Source: Caecitellus pseudoparvulus
Lineage: Eukaryota; Protista; Bigyra: Bicosoecida
Reading direction: 5' to 3'
DNA length: 64,000 nt
NCBI GenBank assembly: GCA_965644315.1
Contig: CBFFRQ010000018.1
Coordinates: 620,001-684,000, forward strand
How positions within the stretch are numbered: the first letter of the stretch is position 1; each line of letters opens with the position of its first letter. Shown here piece after piece: positions 34,516-46,615 of the stretch. The position numbers and the translations under genes are program-made. The notes beneath the pieces are model-generated. The model was given only the letters and a program-made list of their open reading frames with translations, was not told the origin of the DNA and searched no databases.

Positions 34516-37041
34516 ATGACCGACTGTCCATCCAGTCTCTCCTTCATGACGCACGTGAGTCGCACAAGTGCGTGTGTGGGGCAGCTGGAGGCGCTGCCGC
34601 AACGCATACGTCACTCCACTATCGGATGGAGGTCAGTCCGCTTGCTGGCAAAGCCCCGCAACGCTGAACACGCCCGCTCTTTCTCAGCTCAAGGCAGCAT
34701 TGTCATGCTCACCAACGTCACATCACAGCAATCAAAACTGGTGACTGCAGCCTCTTTGTCAAAGCATGTGCTCAAGCGGGGTGGGCGAAAGCCATTCGTC
34801 GCGCACGCATTCCTTCGTGGCACACCGATCGCCTCGCATGAAGCCCTCCAGCCACTTTATCGCATGTGCATGTCTGCATCCGGGAGTGCCACACTTGGTG
34901 CGCAGCCCGGACTTACAGAGGGTGGCGCTCCTAAGTCGGCCCACTCGTTGAGAAAACCGTTGCCGACCTCCTACGCTAAACGTGACCCTCCCCAAAACAG
35001 CAGTCTTGTTGATGTCTCACAGGGTGGCGAAGCGACGATAGGTTGCGCTGGGCCCAGTGGTTTGCTTGATGACGGCGCACATTCTGCGGGCTCAGTTGCC
35101 AGGCAGGGCTCCGGAGTGCAGCCCGTTCACATGCCCTCAGCGCGCAACTTGCTGCCTTGGCACCCTTCTTGCATGCTGTGGGGTGAAATCGCCATGGCAG
35201 GTAGCTGTCTAGACTTCAACCTAGCACCGTCTGGCGCAGGAACCTGGCGCTATCTTTCATCTGGACAGCAAGTTTGGTACCTGGTGCCCCCAACACCGAA
35301 AAACATGCAGCTCTTTGCAGAACAGATCAACGCACCAAGACATGCCCGCGAGGCACCGTTTGAAAAGCAAGCATCTCAGTGCTTTGTAGTGACACTTTCA
35401 GAGGGTCAATTGCTTGTTGTCCCGCCAGGTTACATCATGGCGTTCCGAACCTTGACATCGTCGGTCGGACTGGTTGGCCACTTCTTCAGCTTCAGTAGCT
35501 CACGGGACACCCTAGCGGCCCGCAGAACAATGTCATGCTTCCCTAAGCCCTTGTTGAAGCCCATGGAATTCCCCTTACAGTCAATTTTCTTGCGTGCTTT
35601 GCTCGTCAGCACTGTGCATGTGTCAAAAGCGGGGCATGAGAGCGTAGCCAGCACTGGCACAAACCCGTGCGCCCAAACGGGGCGCGAGAAGAATCTGTTG
35701 AAGGAGTTGGATGGAATGACTGTGGCATTGAAGTTCTTGTGTCAGTGCTCTGCGACGAGTTTGCCCGACGCCCTCCTCGCAAACTTGCATGCTTTGGGTC
35801 AAGAGCTTGAGGCGGCCACGACGCAACTCGAAGCAAGTGGTCTGGCTGATGGCGATCAAGCCTTGGAAGTACAGCAAGACCACATCCGCGGGCCACTTGT
35901 CCTCGGCTCTGGGGAGACTCGCCCCTGTCTGTCCCAGCTGCCCACGGCACACAGCATAAGATCTTGTGCAGGTGGCGAGCCGCAGCTGCCACACTCGACA
36001 GGCTTGCTCTACACCCGCCTCTGCTCGCTGGTTCACGAGGCAGCCCAGCACCTCGTGCTTTCCGAAGCGGTTGGTATCCGTGGGCAGGAGTGTGCAGCAC
36101 CTTCCCTGCGAGCCTGTTTGAAGCGCTCGCGGACGGCATCTCGTGGCTCGAAGGCGGAGGCGTCACGCGGGGTTCCCAAGCCACGGGAGGCGAAAGCACC
36201 CAGGCATGACTCCACAGATGTAGGGATCCCTGTTCCGGCGTTGCACAGAGCAGTTGCAAGGTGGCCCTCGCAGGCAGCGGCTCCACCGCAACCAGCTCCG
36301 CAGCAGGCATGGTCAGGGGAGCACAGGCGAGCTTGCCACATGTGTGGAAACATGCGCAAGCACAAAGTGCTTTGCACAGCATGCCCGCAAGTGTTCTGCC
36401 GAAAATGTGCCGTGAAATGCTACCAACAATGGGGCAAGGCAGCATTTGAAGGGCGCTGCCCTCACTGTGCCGAGTGGTGCTGCTGCGTTGCAAAGCAAGG
36501 GAAGCAGCCTCGCTGCCCTTGGGCGCCACAGTCTGTGTTGTCGCCTGGTACCCAACATGAAGGCAAGTCGGCATGCACTGGGCGCTGTATGCTCACCTTC
36601 CATTGCTACAAGAAATGCCCCACTGTGAAGGCCGGGAAAGCCGCCGCGAGCCGTGCCGCTCGGCTTCCAATGACGGTTGAGGAGGCAACAAGGAGCATGG
36701 AAGCTCGAATTCGTAGGCAGCAGGACTTGCTCAGTGTCTCTTCGCCCTCATTAGAGTTGGATCGGCTGTCACACAGCGGCGGCATCTCACATTCAAAGGG
36801 TTTGCCGGCTTTAAGTACAGCATCTGCCGCGGAAGTCGTGGAGCCAGCACATCAGGCAAACCAACCTTCCCTACCAGACCTTCTGCCCTCATTTCCCGAA
36901 CAAAGCGGGCCCGATGCAGTTGCATCCCGTATGTCCGGGGTGCAAAGCATTCCTGGGAGCCCTTCATTCCTTGACTTGCAATTCCAAGAAGCTCATCAGG
37001 CTGACTCTCCACTCAAGTGCTGGCTTTCTCCAGATGCATGA
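34516..37041 (+). CDS. JmjC-like (degenerate) domain plus C-terminal Cys-rich zinc-finger protein
   Basis: GSCLDFNLAPSG...SGQQVWYLVPPTPKN...TLSEGQLLVVPPGYIMA...VGHF aligns to the KDM2/PHF8-type JmjC fold. CHMC...CTAC...FCRKC...CPHC..CCC forms a zinc finger. The start is uncertain. Confidence 0.7.
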   Translation: MTDCPSSLSFMTHVSRTSACVGQLEALPQRIRHSTIGWRSVRLLAKPRNAEHARSFSAQGSIVMLTNVTSQQSKLVTAASLSKHVLKRGGRKPFVAHAFLRGTPIASHEALQPLYRMCMSASGSATLGAQPGLTEGGAPKSAHSLRKPLPTSYAKRDPPQNSSLVDVSQGGEATIGCAGPSGLLDDGAHSAGSVARQGSGVQPVHMPSARNLLPWHPSCMLWGEIAMAGSCLDFNLAPSGAGTWRYLSSGQQVWYLVPPTPKNMQLFAEQINAPRHAREAPFEKQASQCFVVTLSEGQLLVVPPGYIMAFRTLTSSVGLVGHFFSFSSSRDTLAARRTMSCFPKPLLKPMEFPLQSIFLRALLVSTVHVSKAGHESVASTGTNPCAQTGREKNLLKELDGMTVALKFLCQCSATSLPDALLANLHALGQELEAATTQLEASGLADGDQALEVQQDHIRGPLVLGSGETRPCLSQLPTAHSIRSCAGGEPQLPHSTGLLYTRLCSLVHEAAQHLVLSEAVGIRGQECAAPSLRACLKRSRTASRGSKAEASRGVPKPREAKAPRHDSTDVGIPVPALHRAVARWPSQAAAPPQPAPQQAWSGEHRRACHMCGNMRKHKVLCTACPQVFCRKCAVKCYQQWGKAAFEGRCPHCAEWCCCVAKQGKQPRCPWAPQSVLSPGTQHEGKSACTGRCMLTFHCYKKCPTVKAGKAAASRAARLPMTVEEATRSMEARIRRQQDLLSVSSPSLELDRLSHSGGISHSKGLPALSTASAAEVVEPAHQANQPSLPDLLPSFPEQSGPDAVASRMSGVQSIPGSPSFLDLQFQEAHQADSPLKCWLSPDA

Positions 37042-39550
37042 AGCATTCTTGCTGAAAGCTCCACCAACCGCTGCTGAAGTCTTTGCAAGGCAGGCAGTTT
37101 CATCCCTGAGCCTCTTACCTGCCGCAAGGCAGCAACAGATGGTTCGAGGAGCGGGCTGGTCCATGCCGCAAACCCTCGACCCTGCCGTGCCACGGCGAGT
37201 ATTTCTTGGGACCTCTGGACTATACTTGCGCTCACTCCAGCCTGTGAAAGGGAATGTGGTCAAGGTTTGCGAGTCGGCATTGTCATAGTACGGAAGTTCT
37301 GGCACTCACAGCAGCTGCACACTGCGCAGCATGTGCTCCGCTGCCAGGGCCACACTTGAGCTCGAAAATGGGTCGCACGTCTCCGTCGAGTTCAGCGCAC
37401 TGCATGTGCAGCGCTTGCACTGAGCCGTGCCCAGCAAGAAGCCCCAGGATTTCAGAGTAGTGTGTTGCGACCACGACAGTCGGGCCAACATCGCTAGCGG
37501 ACGCCTGCACATGCGCGAGGCAGGCAGCAAGGAGTGCCACTCCATCAGCGTGAAGTGTGCCTTTGCCGAACTCATCAACAATGAGCAAGGACTGCGAGGT
37601 TGCATGGCGGAGCATTTGCGCAACTTGCCGCAGGTCACCCACAAAGCTGGAGTCGCCCCCCAGACCTGCCTCTCGAGAGGCCATCCGCGTGAACACCCTG
37701 TCCACGACCGAGAAGCTAGCTGTCTCGGCTGCGACCCACCCAACGCTCTGAGACAGCAGCTGCGCAGCACCCACTTGGCGCAAAATGCAGCTTTTCCCAC
37801 TTGAGTTTGGCCCAAAAATCACAGTAACACGCTTACTTGTTCCTGGCTCACGCAGAGACAAGGAGTTTGACACGAAGGTTTCGCACACCAGTTCTTGTAG
37901 GGGGTGCCTCATGCCCTTCACGAGCCACTCTTCTTCAGAGCAGCTGCGGCCAGCATCGACCAGTGTTGCCTGGCAAAACCCACGCTCCAACGCAACTGCG
38001 CTGATGGCCAGACATGCATCCAGCTCGCCTGCCACATCCATGGCGTCGAGGATGACTCCCTCATTTCGCAGAACCAGCTCCTCCAGGGTGTGCTGCAGTT
38101 CGAATTGCCGCTGCCGCGCCAGAGCAGGCAAGTGTGCAACAACATTGTGCACAGTCAGCGAAACTTCATCCTCAATGAACAGCTCTGTGGGTGTCACAAA
38201 CACAACCTTGCCCTGGCGGTGCGCCAGCCTCGTGGCCAACTCTGATGTATCTTGCGCTGCAGCCGTGTTGGGAGCTTTTATGACCCACACAACTCCCAGC
38301 TGAGGGTGATGGGCCAAGCTGCCTTCAAGAGAGTCACCAAACAACTCGCCTATGGCCAAACGCAAGTTTGGCCACTCCGCTGCAGACACCTGCTGCAACA
38401 GCTCAGGGGCCCGCGCAAGCTTAGCCCGAGTCTCGTCCAGCGCGCCATCTGCACCCTCTTGCACGACGAGCAGGTTTTCATCTTGCGTGCCATATCGGGT
38501 TGCATCAATATCAACCAAGCGGTGAAGTGCTGCCTCCACTTCTGACACCTCCGCACTGAATGAAGCGCAGGCTTCTCCTCCAAGCCCACCTGCACCTGCC
38601 GGCCACCCTCGCAGCTCCTGGCAAAGGCTGGCCAGCGCATGTAAGCATTGCCTCATACGAATCCAGTCCGAGTGTTTTGCCTTGGCCAAGCGAATCTTTC
38701 TTAACGCTGCCAGTGGCGACTTCAGCTTTTTCAAGGAGGACACGACACTCCCTACCTTCCCGGGGTCTGCCCGGCAAGCGCGCATGCAAGCCTGCACACT
38801 GCGCTGGCGAGAGGCGAGAAGCTCTAGACAGGTCGTAGGCTTAAGTAGCATGCTTCGAAGTTGGCGCTTCCCACTCGTGCTTCTGCAGCGGTCGAGCAGG
38901 GCGAACACTGTCGCGCCATGGCTCAACGCTGGGCCCACGATCTGCAGACACCACAGCGCTTCTTGTGAAACCATGACGCAGTCTGCAAAATTTTCCATTA
39001 CAATTCGTCGTGGGATTGCCCCTTGCCCTTCTCCTGCTGAGAGGGATCCACGAATTGACCCCACGTGGCGAAGCAACGCAGCGGCTGCTTCACAAGCTTC
39101 TGCAGAGCAGGTATCTGCAATGGCATGCACAACCGACAGCATCCTGCCGGCTGACTGTTGGCTGAACTGAAACAGCTTGCTTTTCACTACAGCGAGCTTG
39201 AGAGAGCCTCGCTCTGCTTCGAATTGAAGTGCTGAGAGAAGCGATGGAGGCAGTCGGTTTCTCGAGCACACCACCTCTCTTAGTGCCGCTCCGCTCTGTG
39301 CGGCAACGTGCTCCAGCATGAAGACAAGGTCTGCCGGACTTGCACAGTGGTGGCTTGCAACATGAATGCTGGTGATGTCCAGCGTTTGTTCGTCAACGAG
39401 ACACCACGACGCGACGATCTCGTGCTCTCCATGAGAGGAAGACGCCCGTGCTGCGTTTCGAGACTGCACAACAGCAATCACCCACTCTCGTCTTTCACTC
39501 GCGGCAGGGGTGAGAGGAGATTCTGCACGGTGGATGCGGCTCGCGGACAT
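36996..39550 (-). CDS. MSH5: MutS homologue 5 (meiotic crossover factor)
   Basis: MutS ATPase motifs RHPLQE, GPNSSGKS, DRVFTR, SSFVGDLRQVAQML, IVDEFGKGT...DGVALL and ATHY. EFGKGT is typical of MSH5, and no mismatch-binding domain I is visible. The final exon(s) are inferred. Confidence 0.8.
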
Positions 39551-40029
39551 TGTGGCAATGGTCCTCAAGCCCCTCCGCAGGTCTTGCTTTTGCGGGGGAG
39601 ATGCCTGGCTCTTGTCGCTGGCGTTGCGCCGCCTCCTGCTTGCGCAAGGCGTGCTATTCGCCTAGAAGCACGTGACCTGATGATAGATGACTGAAGCGTC
39701 AAAAAGCTATTCACGAGACTATTCTGCCTGAGGCTTGTTTTTGTCCTATGGTGCCTGCTTCGCTAGCGACTGCTCTTCTGCTTGTTTTGGGACGGCTCAG
39801 GGGTACAGTGGCTGCCTCAAACCTCCGCGTCAGGCAAGGCATACATTTGCAGGCTGATCTCAAAACACCGTGCCTCACTTGCGTTGGAATGAACAGCTTT
39901 CCTGTGGCAACCGAGACTACCCAAAGTACCCAATGTTTTCCTGAGGAGGCCACTTGCGGAAATTGGCTCCCACTGAACAGACCAAGCTCCCTCCAAGAGA
40001 GCACAGAGACAGTGAACCTCATTGCCGAT

Positions 40030-41202
40030 ATGGCTGCTACAGCTTCATCTCGCAAGCGGTCGCTTGATACTTCTGATGCGGGTTCTCCTGGGCTGCGCAA
40101 GCGAGACTGGACAGTGTCCATCGCCCTGCCTGGCTCCATTGTGTCCAATGCTCAAAGCAGAGAGCTACAGACACACCTCGTGGGTGTCATAGCCCGAACA
40201 GCTTGTATTTTTCAGATTGATGAGGTTGTTGTCTTTGATGATGGTTGTGATGCAGGCGGAAAGCGCTTCAATTCGTGCGAGTTCATGGCCCGCCTGCTGC
40301 AGTACACGGAGACGCCGCAGTACTTGCGGAAGGCGTTGTTTCCGAGGCACCCTGATCTGAAGCTGGCGGGGCTTTTGCCGCCCTTGGATGCCCCCCACCA
40401 TCTCCGGTCAGATGAGTGGTTCACGTTTCGTGAGGGCGTGGTCCTGGACAGGCCATCTGCAGGCGGCTCCATCGTTGACGTCGGACTGCGGCAGTCTGCC
40501 TCTATCCCGCAAGCCTTGGTGCCTGGAGTTCGTGTAACAGTGCAGTTTTCTAATCCCCACGCCCCCAAAGGCATGCATGCTGCCCATACCGTCGGGCTCT
40601 CCACTGCAGCACAAGAAACTGCGGCGGCTGCTCACCGTTCGTCATCCGCTCCTCAGCAAAAGAGCAAAGGCAGTACGTAGGAGCACCAATACTTGATTGC
40701 GTAAACCCCCCCCCCGTGCCTCACTCCCCACTGTTTTTCCCGCGCAGCTCTGAAGGGGTCGGCCGTGTCACCCAATGCGCCAGTGCGCGAGCAAGGTGTG
40801 TACTGGGGATATTCAGTCCGAATGGCAACCAGCCTAAGTGCTGCCTTGACAGAATGCCCATGGAGTGAAGGTTACGACCTGCTGCTTGGGACCAGCGAAA
40901 GGGGCGCCGAGCGTGTAGATGACGGTGATTTTTCTCTACCTTCTTTCAAGCACCTGCTCATTGCCTTCGGGGGTGTGACCGGACTTGAGGAGGCGGCCAT
41001 GTCCGATTCAACCTTGGCTGCGGCTGGCATCACTGATGTTCAAGACGCTTTCCACATGTACGTGAACACTTGCCCATTCCAAGGTAGCCGCACGATCCGT
41101 ACTGAGGAGGCCCTGGCGATTTCATTGGCGACCTTGCAGCCTGCGATAAAGACGTGCCAATCTGCTGCATCTGCTCCAAAGAAACCAAGGATGGACGCAT
41201 AG
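40030..41202 (+). CDS. SPOUT1: SPOUT-domain RNA methyltransferase (C9orf114/CENP-32)
   Basis: TVSIALPGSIVSNAQSRELQT, IFQIDEVVVFD, ETPQYLRKALFP, LLPPLDAPHH, GTSERG and NTCPFQGSRTIRTEEA; one intron near 40570-40747. Confidence 0.92.
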
Positions 41203-41511
41203 CCACCTGCTTTCCCTTCCAACTCCAACCAGCCAGCGCCAGCATGGCTCACCGACCGAAGCTCTTTCTCTGCGTGCTCAAATTCAGCATCCTGACAGAT
41301 CTCCCGATCCCTCTCAACTCTTCCAACCGTCATCATTTGCCCCTGTCTGTGTGTGCATTGATCAGGCATCACAGATCCTCCCACTTCGCAAAGTAGAGCT
41401 GGCGTTTCGCTTGCGTTGCTGCACGATTGACAACGCTGCGAATTGGTTGGACTGGCTCGAGGCGAATCGCACCACCTCCGAGCAGGCGCCCTTCCCTGTC
41501 TGTAAAGAAGT

Positions 41512-43785
41512 ATGGCCAGCTTTACCAGAACCTTGAGAGAGTATCCATGGTTCCGGGTGTCTGTGCTTCTGCTGCTGGCCGCCCTGGCTGCGTCGGTCGT
41601 GGGAGCGATCCGGTATTGGGCTATGCAGTTCTCTGCCGTCTTCATCTTTCAACGCCCTGAATCATCGAGCTTGCTGGAAGAGTCTGGTGTCTATGTGGCA
41701 CAGTTTCAGCAACCAGGTGCGAACCTTGTATACTTGCGAGCAGCTGCACTGCCCCTCACTGCCGTCCCGACTAGCTATCTGTGGCTGCAGTGGGGGGCGG
41801 GCCTTTGGAACAGGCGGACAACTGCCGAGGGGGCAATCCCTGCCACTCTTCTTCGCCGGCAGAATTTGGGTGGCGAATTATTCACGTGGGTGCTGAGCAC
41901 TCTGGGCTACAATCGCGTTCAACATCATTCGCAGCTTTTGCCGGCTGAGGCGAAGCCGTGGCCCCAGTTGTCCTCCAGCCCTCGAGGCGCCCACACATGG
42001 TATAGTATTCCTCGAGTCGAAAACCAAACACTTGGGATGGTGTCAACCGTTGTTGGTGCTGCACCTTCCTCTGTAGTGTCCAACACTCTGGTCGTGGACC
42101 TTGCCAACGTTGCAGCCGCGTCCGCGGCACCGCCGACTGCAGCTTCAACACTGCACAGCATTGTGACTCAGCCTGTGACATCGTTCCTATTTCTTACTTT
42201 TGGACTTGTCTTTTTCGCTTTGTTCACCTCAAGGCTGCCCACCTCAGCAGTAGTGGGGTCTGCCCAAGCACTACTGATGAGGCGGGAGTATTGGAGGATC
42301 CTTTCTGCCACCCTAAGCCATGAAGCCATCATGCACCTTGGCATGAACGGCTTGTCCTTGTACAACCTGGCATTTGTTGAGCCCCAGCTTGGCTCCTTTG
42401 TCTATCTGCTGTATACAGCCGAGCTCATGGTCCTCGTTGAATGTGTTGATGCTGCAGCCCGGTGGTTTCTTGCATGGAGGCGTGACGCACGGGCCCATTG
42501 GGCGCGGAAGCACCTGGGCTTCTCTGGTGTATTATTTGCATGGATGATGGTTGCGACTGCTCAGCTCCCGGAGTTCTGCCCGCTGCCCATGGTCCCGCTC
42601 TGCATTCCTACGTTTGACATCCCGCTGCCCTTCACCATTAGCTCTGGCGGTCTTGGAGCCAGACTTCCCATCAATTTGGGCCCATTCCTGCTCCTCTTCT
42701 TGATCCAACTGCTCATTCCACAGTCTAGCTTTCTTGGACACGCGTCAGGCATCGTTGCAGGCCTAGTGGTCCTGTGGGGGGGACTAGCCTGGGTAAGCCC
42801 ACCACTCTTGGCCAGTGGCTTGAGTCTGCTTGCTACGGTGCACGCTGTGAAGGTTCACAGCTCAATCAGCCTTTCAGGTGAGCTCTCAGACTCTGCACCT
42901 CCTCGCACCCCTCGGGAGGTGACTTCCGGAGAGCTGGATCATATCGCAGAGGCATCCTCGCATGCAACTTGCTTCCCGACCTTCGCTCAGTCGCAAGCCC
43001 CCACCGCCCGCTTCAGCTCGTCTGGAACACTTCGAGGAGGAAGCTTCGGCGCGGGGTCAGTGGCGAGCACCATTGGGCTTGGAGGGGGTGGGGTGCGCCA
43101 CGAATGGCGCTCTTTGCAACTGCTCTCTGTCGCAGCTTGCATGGGACTGGCAGCCTTGGCTGCGGGGGCTGCCGCATTGCCTGCTCTTGAGTCATTGGCG
43201 ATCCTCACGTGGTGCATTCATTGCATGCTGAGTATCCTGGTGGAAGGATCTGTGTACAGACTACCCACGACCCCTGAACCCGCTTCCTCTGGCGCAACAG
43301 CAGAAGAAGTTGAAGGTCTCCTCACACCCTCGCCCACTCAGCAAACCCCAAACCCATCCCACACGAGGTGGCGCTTTCCTGGGGCACAGTGGGCTTCTCG
43401 CGCCTCTGCTCAAATCCCCACGCTTGGGCCAGGCTTGCTGCTGGGTTTGGCAGTGTCCAGTGCAATCATCGTGTGCCAGCGTTTCGCGGATGCGGCAGCC
43501 TTGTGGATTACGCAGCCAGCTTTACGGTCAAGCGCTTGCTTGGCCGTGTCCCTCGGCCTGCCAGCGGACCGCGCGCTGTCCCTCGCATGGGCTGCCTTGG
43601 CACTCCACCTGCTTGCTGCTTCCATTGCTTTTGTCTCTTCCAGCTACCGCCTGCATGCTGTACACTCTGCGTCTCCAGTATCGTACATTCTGGCTGCAGT
43701 GAGCGACCCACAGTCAGCCACGAGTGAGCGACGGTACTCTGTCTCAGGAGGCGGGGGACGGCACCTGTCTTCAAGCACTGCATAA
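41512..43785 (+). CDS. Rhomboid family intramembrane protease (RHBDL4/RBL-like) with extra TM regions
   Basis: YWRILSATLSH, HLGMN, catalytic GFSG and SFLGHASG, with multiple TM helices. Confidence 0.8.
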   Translation: MASFTRTLREYPWFRVSVLLLLAALAASVVGAIRYWAMQFSAVFIFQRPESSSLLEESGVYVAQFQQPGANLVYLRAAALPLTAVPTSYLWLQWGAGLWNRRTTAEGAIPATLLRRQNLGGELFTWVLSTLGYNRVQHHSQLLPAEAKPWPQLSSSPRGAHTWYSIPRVENQTLGMVSTVVGAAPSSVVSNTLVVDLANVAAASAAPPTAASTLHSIVTQPVTSFLFLTFGLVFFALFTSRLPTSAVVGSAQALLMRREYWRILSATLSHEAIMHLGMNGLSLYNLAFVEPQLGSFVYLLYTAELMVLVECVDAAARWFLAWRRDARAHWARKHLGFSGVLFAWMMVATAQLPEFCPLPMVPLCIPTFDIPLPFTISSGGLGARLPINLGPFLLLFLIQLLIPQSSFLGHASGIVAGLVVLWGGLAWVSPPLLASGLSLLATVHAVKVHSSISLSGELSDSAPPRTPREVTSGELDHIAEASSHATCFPTFAQSQAPTARFSSSGTLRGGSFGAGSVASTIGLGGGGVRHEWRSLQLLSVAACMGLAALAAGAAALPALESLAILTWCIHCMLSILVEGSVYRLPTTPEPASSGATAEEVEGLLTPSPTQQTPNPSHTRWRFPGAQWASRASAQIPTLGPGLLLGLAVSSAIIVCQRFADAAALWITQPALRSSACLAVSLGLPADRALSLAWAALALHLLAASIAFVSSSYRLHAVHSASPVSYILAAVSDPQSATSERRYSVSGGGGRHLSSSTA

Positions 43786-44144
43786 ATACATGTATTCCTG
43801 GTTGGCAATGCCCCGTTGTTGCTGCGCCTCATGAGGAGACAGTCTGCCACAAACTCGCCGGAGCCACGCTCCAATCCCTCCACTATGTTGGTGAGGGGGG
43901 CGAGCTTACCCTGAGGCAGAAACAGTAACCTTCAAGCTGCATAGTACAAAATAAAACGACAGGGTTATCACACTGGCCACATCCATGTCACAGTCAGTCA
44001 GACTTCTTCCAGGAAGCGCCTGGCCAAGCGGTGCGGAATTTGCCGCTGAAGCAACCCTAGCGTTGAGCGCACAGCAACCCTGGGGCGCAAGGAGAAGTAC
44101 AAAATCCTGTAGCGGCCAACCAGGTATCACTTTCTCTGCACAAC

Positions 44145-46109
44145 ATGACTGCTGGTGATCCTACCTCTCATGGAGGCTACACATTCTGGGTGGGAGTATG
44201 TTTCACCGTCAACTTCATCCTTGGAGCTGGGTTCCTTGGAGTGCCCTTTGCATTTGTTGAAGGTGAGCGGGCCGGCAGGCAACGCCGTGACTGTCTGCAC
44301 TGACCTAGCCCTTGGGATGCAGGAGGAATACTTCTTGGCGCTTGTCTCATGCTACTGTTCTGTGCGACCTTGGTCACAACTAAGGACTGCCTCCTCGAAG
44401 CCATGGGCCGAGCAGAGCTCCTAACACGAATGGTTGAGAAAGTGCGGTCAGGGGACCACTCGCCCCTTGCCACCAAGGATGCTCTGGTTGCTGAGAGAAA
44501 GTTTGAGATGTCCGCCATCGTCACCATGCTGCTGGGCAACGTGGCAAAGTCTGTGTATGTTGTGTTCGTCTGCCTGTACGTGTACGGGACGCTGTGGGCG
44601 TTCTCCTCAGTCTTTGCCGCCAGCTTGTCGGCCAACGTCCCCATAGTGTTTTTGGACACCCAAACATGTGATGTGGAGGCTGATCCTGGATGCCTTGTGA
44701 ACTTCAGGATCTGGGAGGCTCTCTTCGCGGCAATCGTCATCCCCCTCTCGTTGCTGGACCTGTCAGAGCAGAAAGTGGTACAGGTACTCATGGCTGCGGC
44801 GAGGGCCATTGTCATTCTCCTATTGGTGTGCACCGTCTATGCTGCAGTGGGCTGCAAAGGGGTCGCGTTCACCGCGGTGCAGCCCCACCTTGAAGGCAAG
44901 ACATACGAACCGTATGGCGTCATGGCCCGTCCAGCTGGGCTTGGCGTGCTCATCCCCATCGCAGTTTTCAGCCAGATCTTCCACGTCGGCATCCCATCCC
45001 TTGCCGAGCCTCTGGCAGACAAAAGCCACTTGGCGCGGATGTTCAGCGCAGCCTTTGCCGTTGTCCTGACCGCATACATGATCCTGGGCACCTCACTTGC
45101 GGCCTACTTCGGGCAGGAGGCAGATAGCCAGATCAACTTAAATTGGGCTGGCTATGTTGGATGCGTTCACAGGGAAGCAGGGGACCCCAGAGGGGAAGTG
45201 CACAACGACGAGCGATCGCTGTGGGCAGCCTTCACCGCCACGGTGGTACTCATTTTCCCAGCGCTTGATGTTGCTTCGGCTTTCCCACTGAATGCTATTT
45301 CCTTGGGGGACTCCCTGTTGGCAGTTTGGCAGCAACCTGCCGCCTTAGAAGCGGATGAAGGGGAAGCCCGGGAGCCAGCGTCTCCCTCAGAAGGCCTCCT
45401 GGCAGCAGATGAAACCACTCTGTCCTACGAAGCTGTGACGGCTGACCTAGAAGACTCGCCTGCATCTCCTGCCGAAGATGTGGCGCCACATCACTCTCAA
45501 GATGTGCCACAGACTGATGCTACATCGCCTCGTGGCTGCCTTTCCTACTGCCGTGTAGGAGCTGCCCAAAGAACCAAGCTTGCATTCAGAGTCCTGGCAG
45601 CGGTCCCTCCTCTCGTCGGAGCATTCTTTGTTAATAAGCTGGACACAATCCTCACCTACACAGGTCTTGCCGGCATCGTGCTTGCCATGATAACCCCAGC
45701 TCTCCTCTCTGCCGCTTCGAAAATCGCCGTGGAGCGAGCACTGCCGGCTTTCGAGGCCTGGAGAGTCGCAAATGCCGCGGGCTCTGACCATGCTCTTGAC
45801 TCTGCAACACTGGAATCACTGCAGCAGACTGTCCCTGTGCGGGACATCTTCGCCGCACTCACTTCAGGTCTTTGCTGGCGCGCAAGCAAAGCAGATGAGC
45901 ATGGGGCCTACTCAATCCTCCCAACTGCACAAAGGTCATCTGGCCAAGAGCAGCAGGAAACCAAAAGGTCATCAGAACCAGCACCATCTGAGCTCTTGCG
46001 CTCTGCATACTCAACCTGTGCCACAGCCCTTTGGGGCAACGCCTCCATCATGGCACTTGGATCCGTCCTGCTTGTCTACTCTCTCATTGCAACCATAGCC
46101 AGCGGATAA
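44145..46109 (+). CDS. Amino acid transporter, TMEM104/SLC38-like
   Basis: FTVNFILGAGFLGVPFAF, intron, then KDCLLEAMGRA, YGTLWAFSSVFAASL, FHVGIPSL and FPALDVASAFPLNAISLGDSL; about 11 TM helices. Confidence 0.85.
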
Positions 46110-46115
46110 GCGAAC

Positions 46116-46615
46116 TTAAACTTCACTTTCGTCATGCTCGCCCGAGGATGAAGCTGCAGCCCGGGCAAGCGCTTTCGCTTCTGCATCTCGCAGCTTTCTC
46201 AGCTGCTCAAGTTCGCGAAGACGATGCGCTCGGAGACGTTCTTGCTCAGCCATATGCATCTCATAGATGTCTTGGTAGCGGCTTCGGTTCAATCCAAGCA
46301 TTTCCACCAGAATCTCACCTACAAACTCGGCGCCTGCGTGCACAACACCACAACGGCTGAGCACGCAAGTGTCATGAGCGAGGTGCACGCACGCGCAACG
46401 AACCATCAAAAAGCTGCGAACCAACCCAATGCATGTTGTGCCAAATTTGAGTTCCTGCTGTCACCTCGGCATCAGCATCTGCTTCCCAGTAGTACTGCGC
46501 ATTGGTTGAGTGGCTGTGAAAACGCACGCGAAACGCAAGGCGAAACTCGAACCCATACCCTGCTTGAATCGGCTGGCGGGGGCTCTGATTGAGACCCTTC
46601 CTCCGGCGTTGCCAT
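46116..46615 (-). CDS. FAM177-like small protein
   Basis: Inferred spliced product (2 introns) MATPEEGSQSEPPPADSSRYYWEAD...WHNMHWVGSQLFDGAEFVGEILVEMLGLNRSRYQDIYE plus a coiled coil. It resembles the FAM177A1 segment DFLGEKIASVLGISTPKYQ. Confidence 0.55.
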
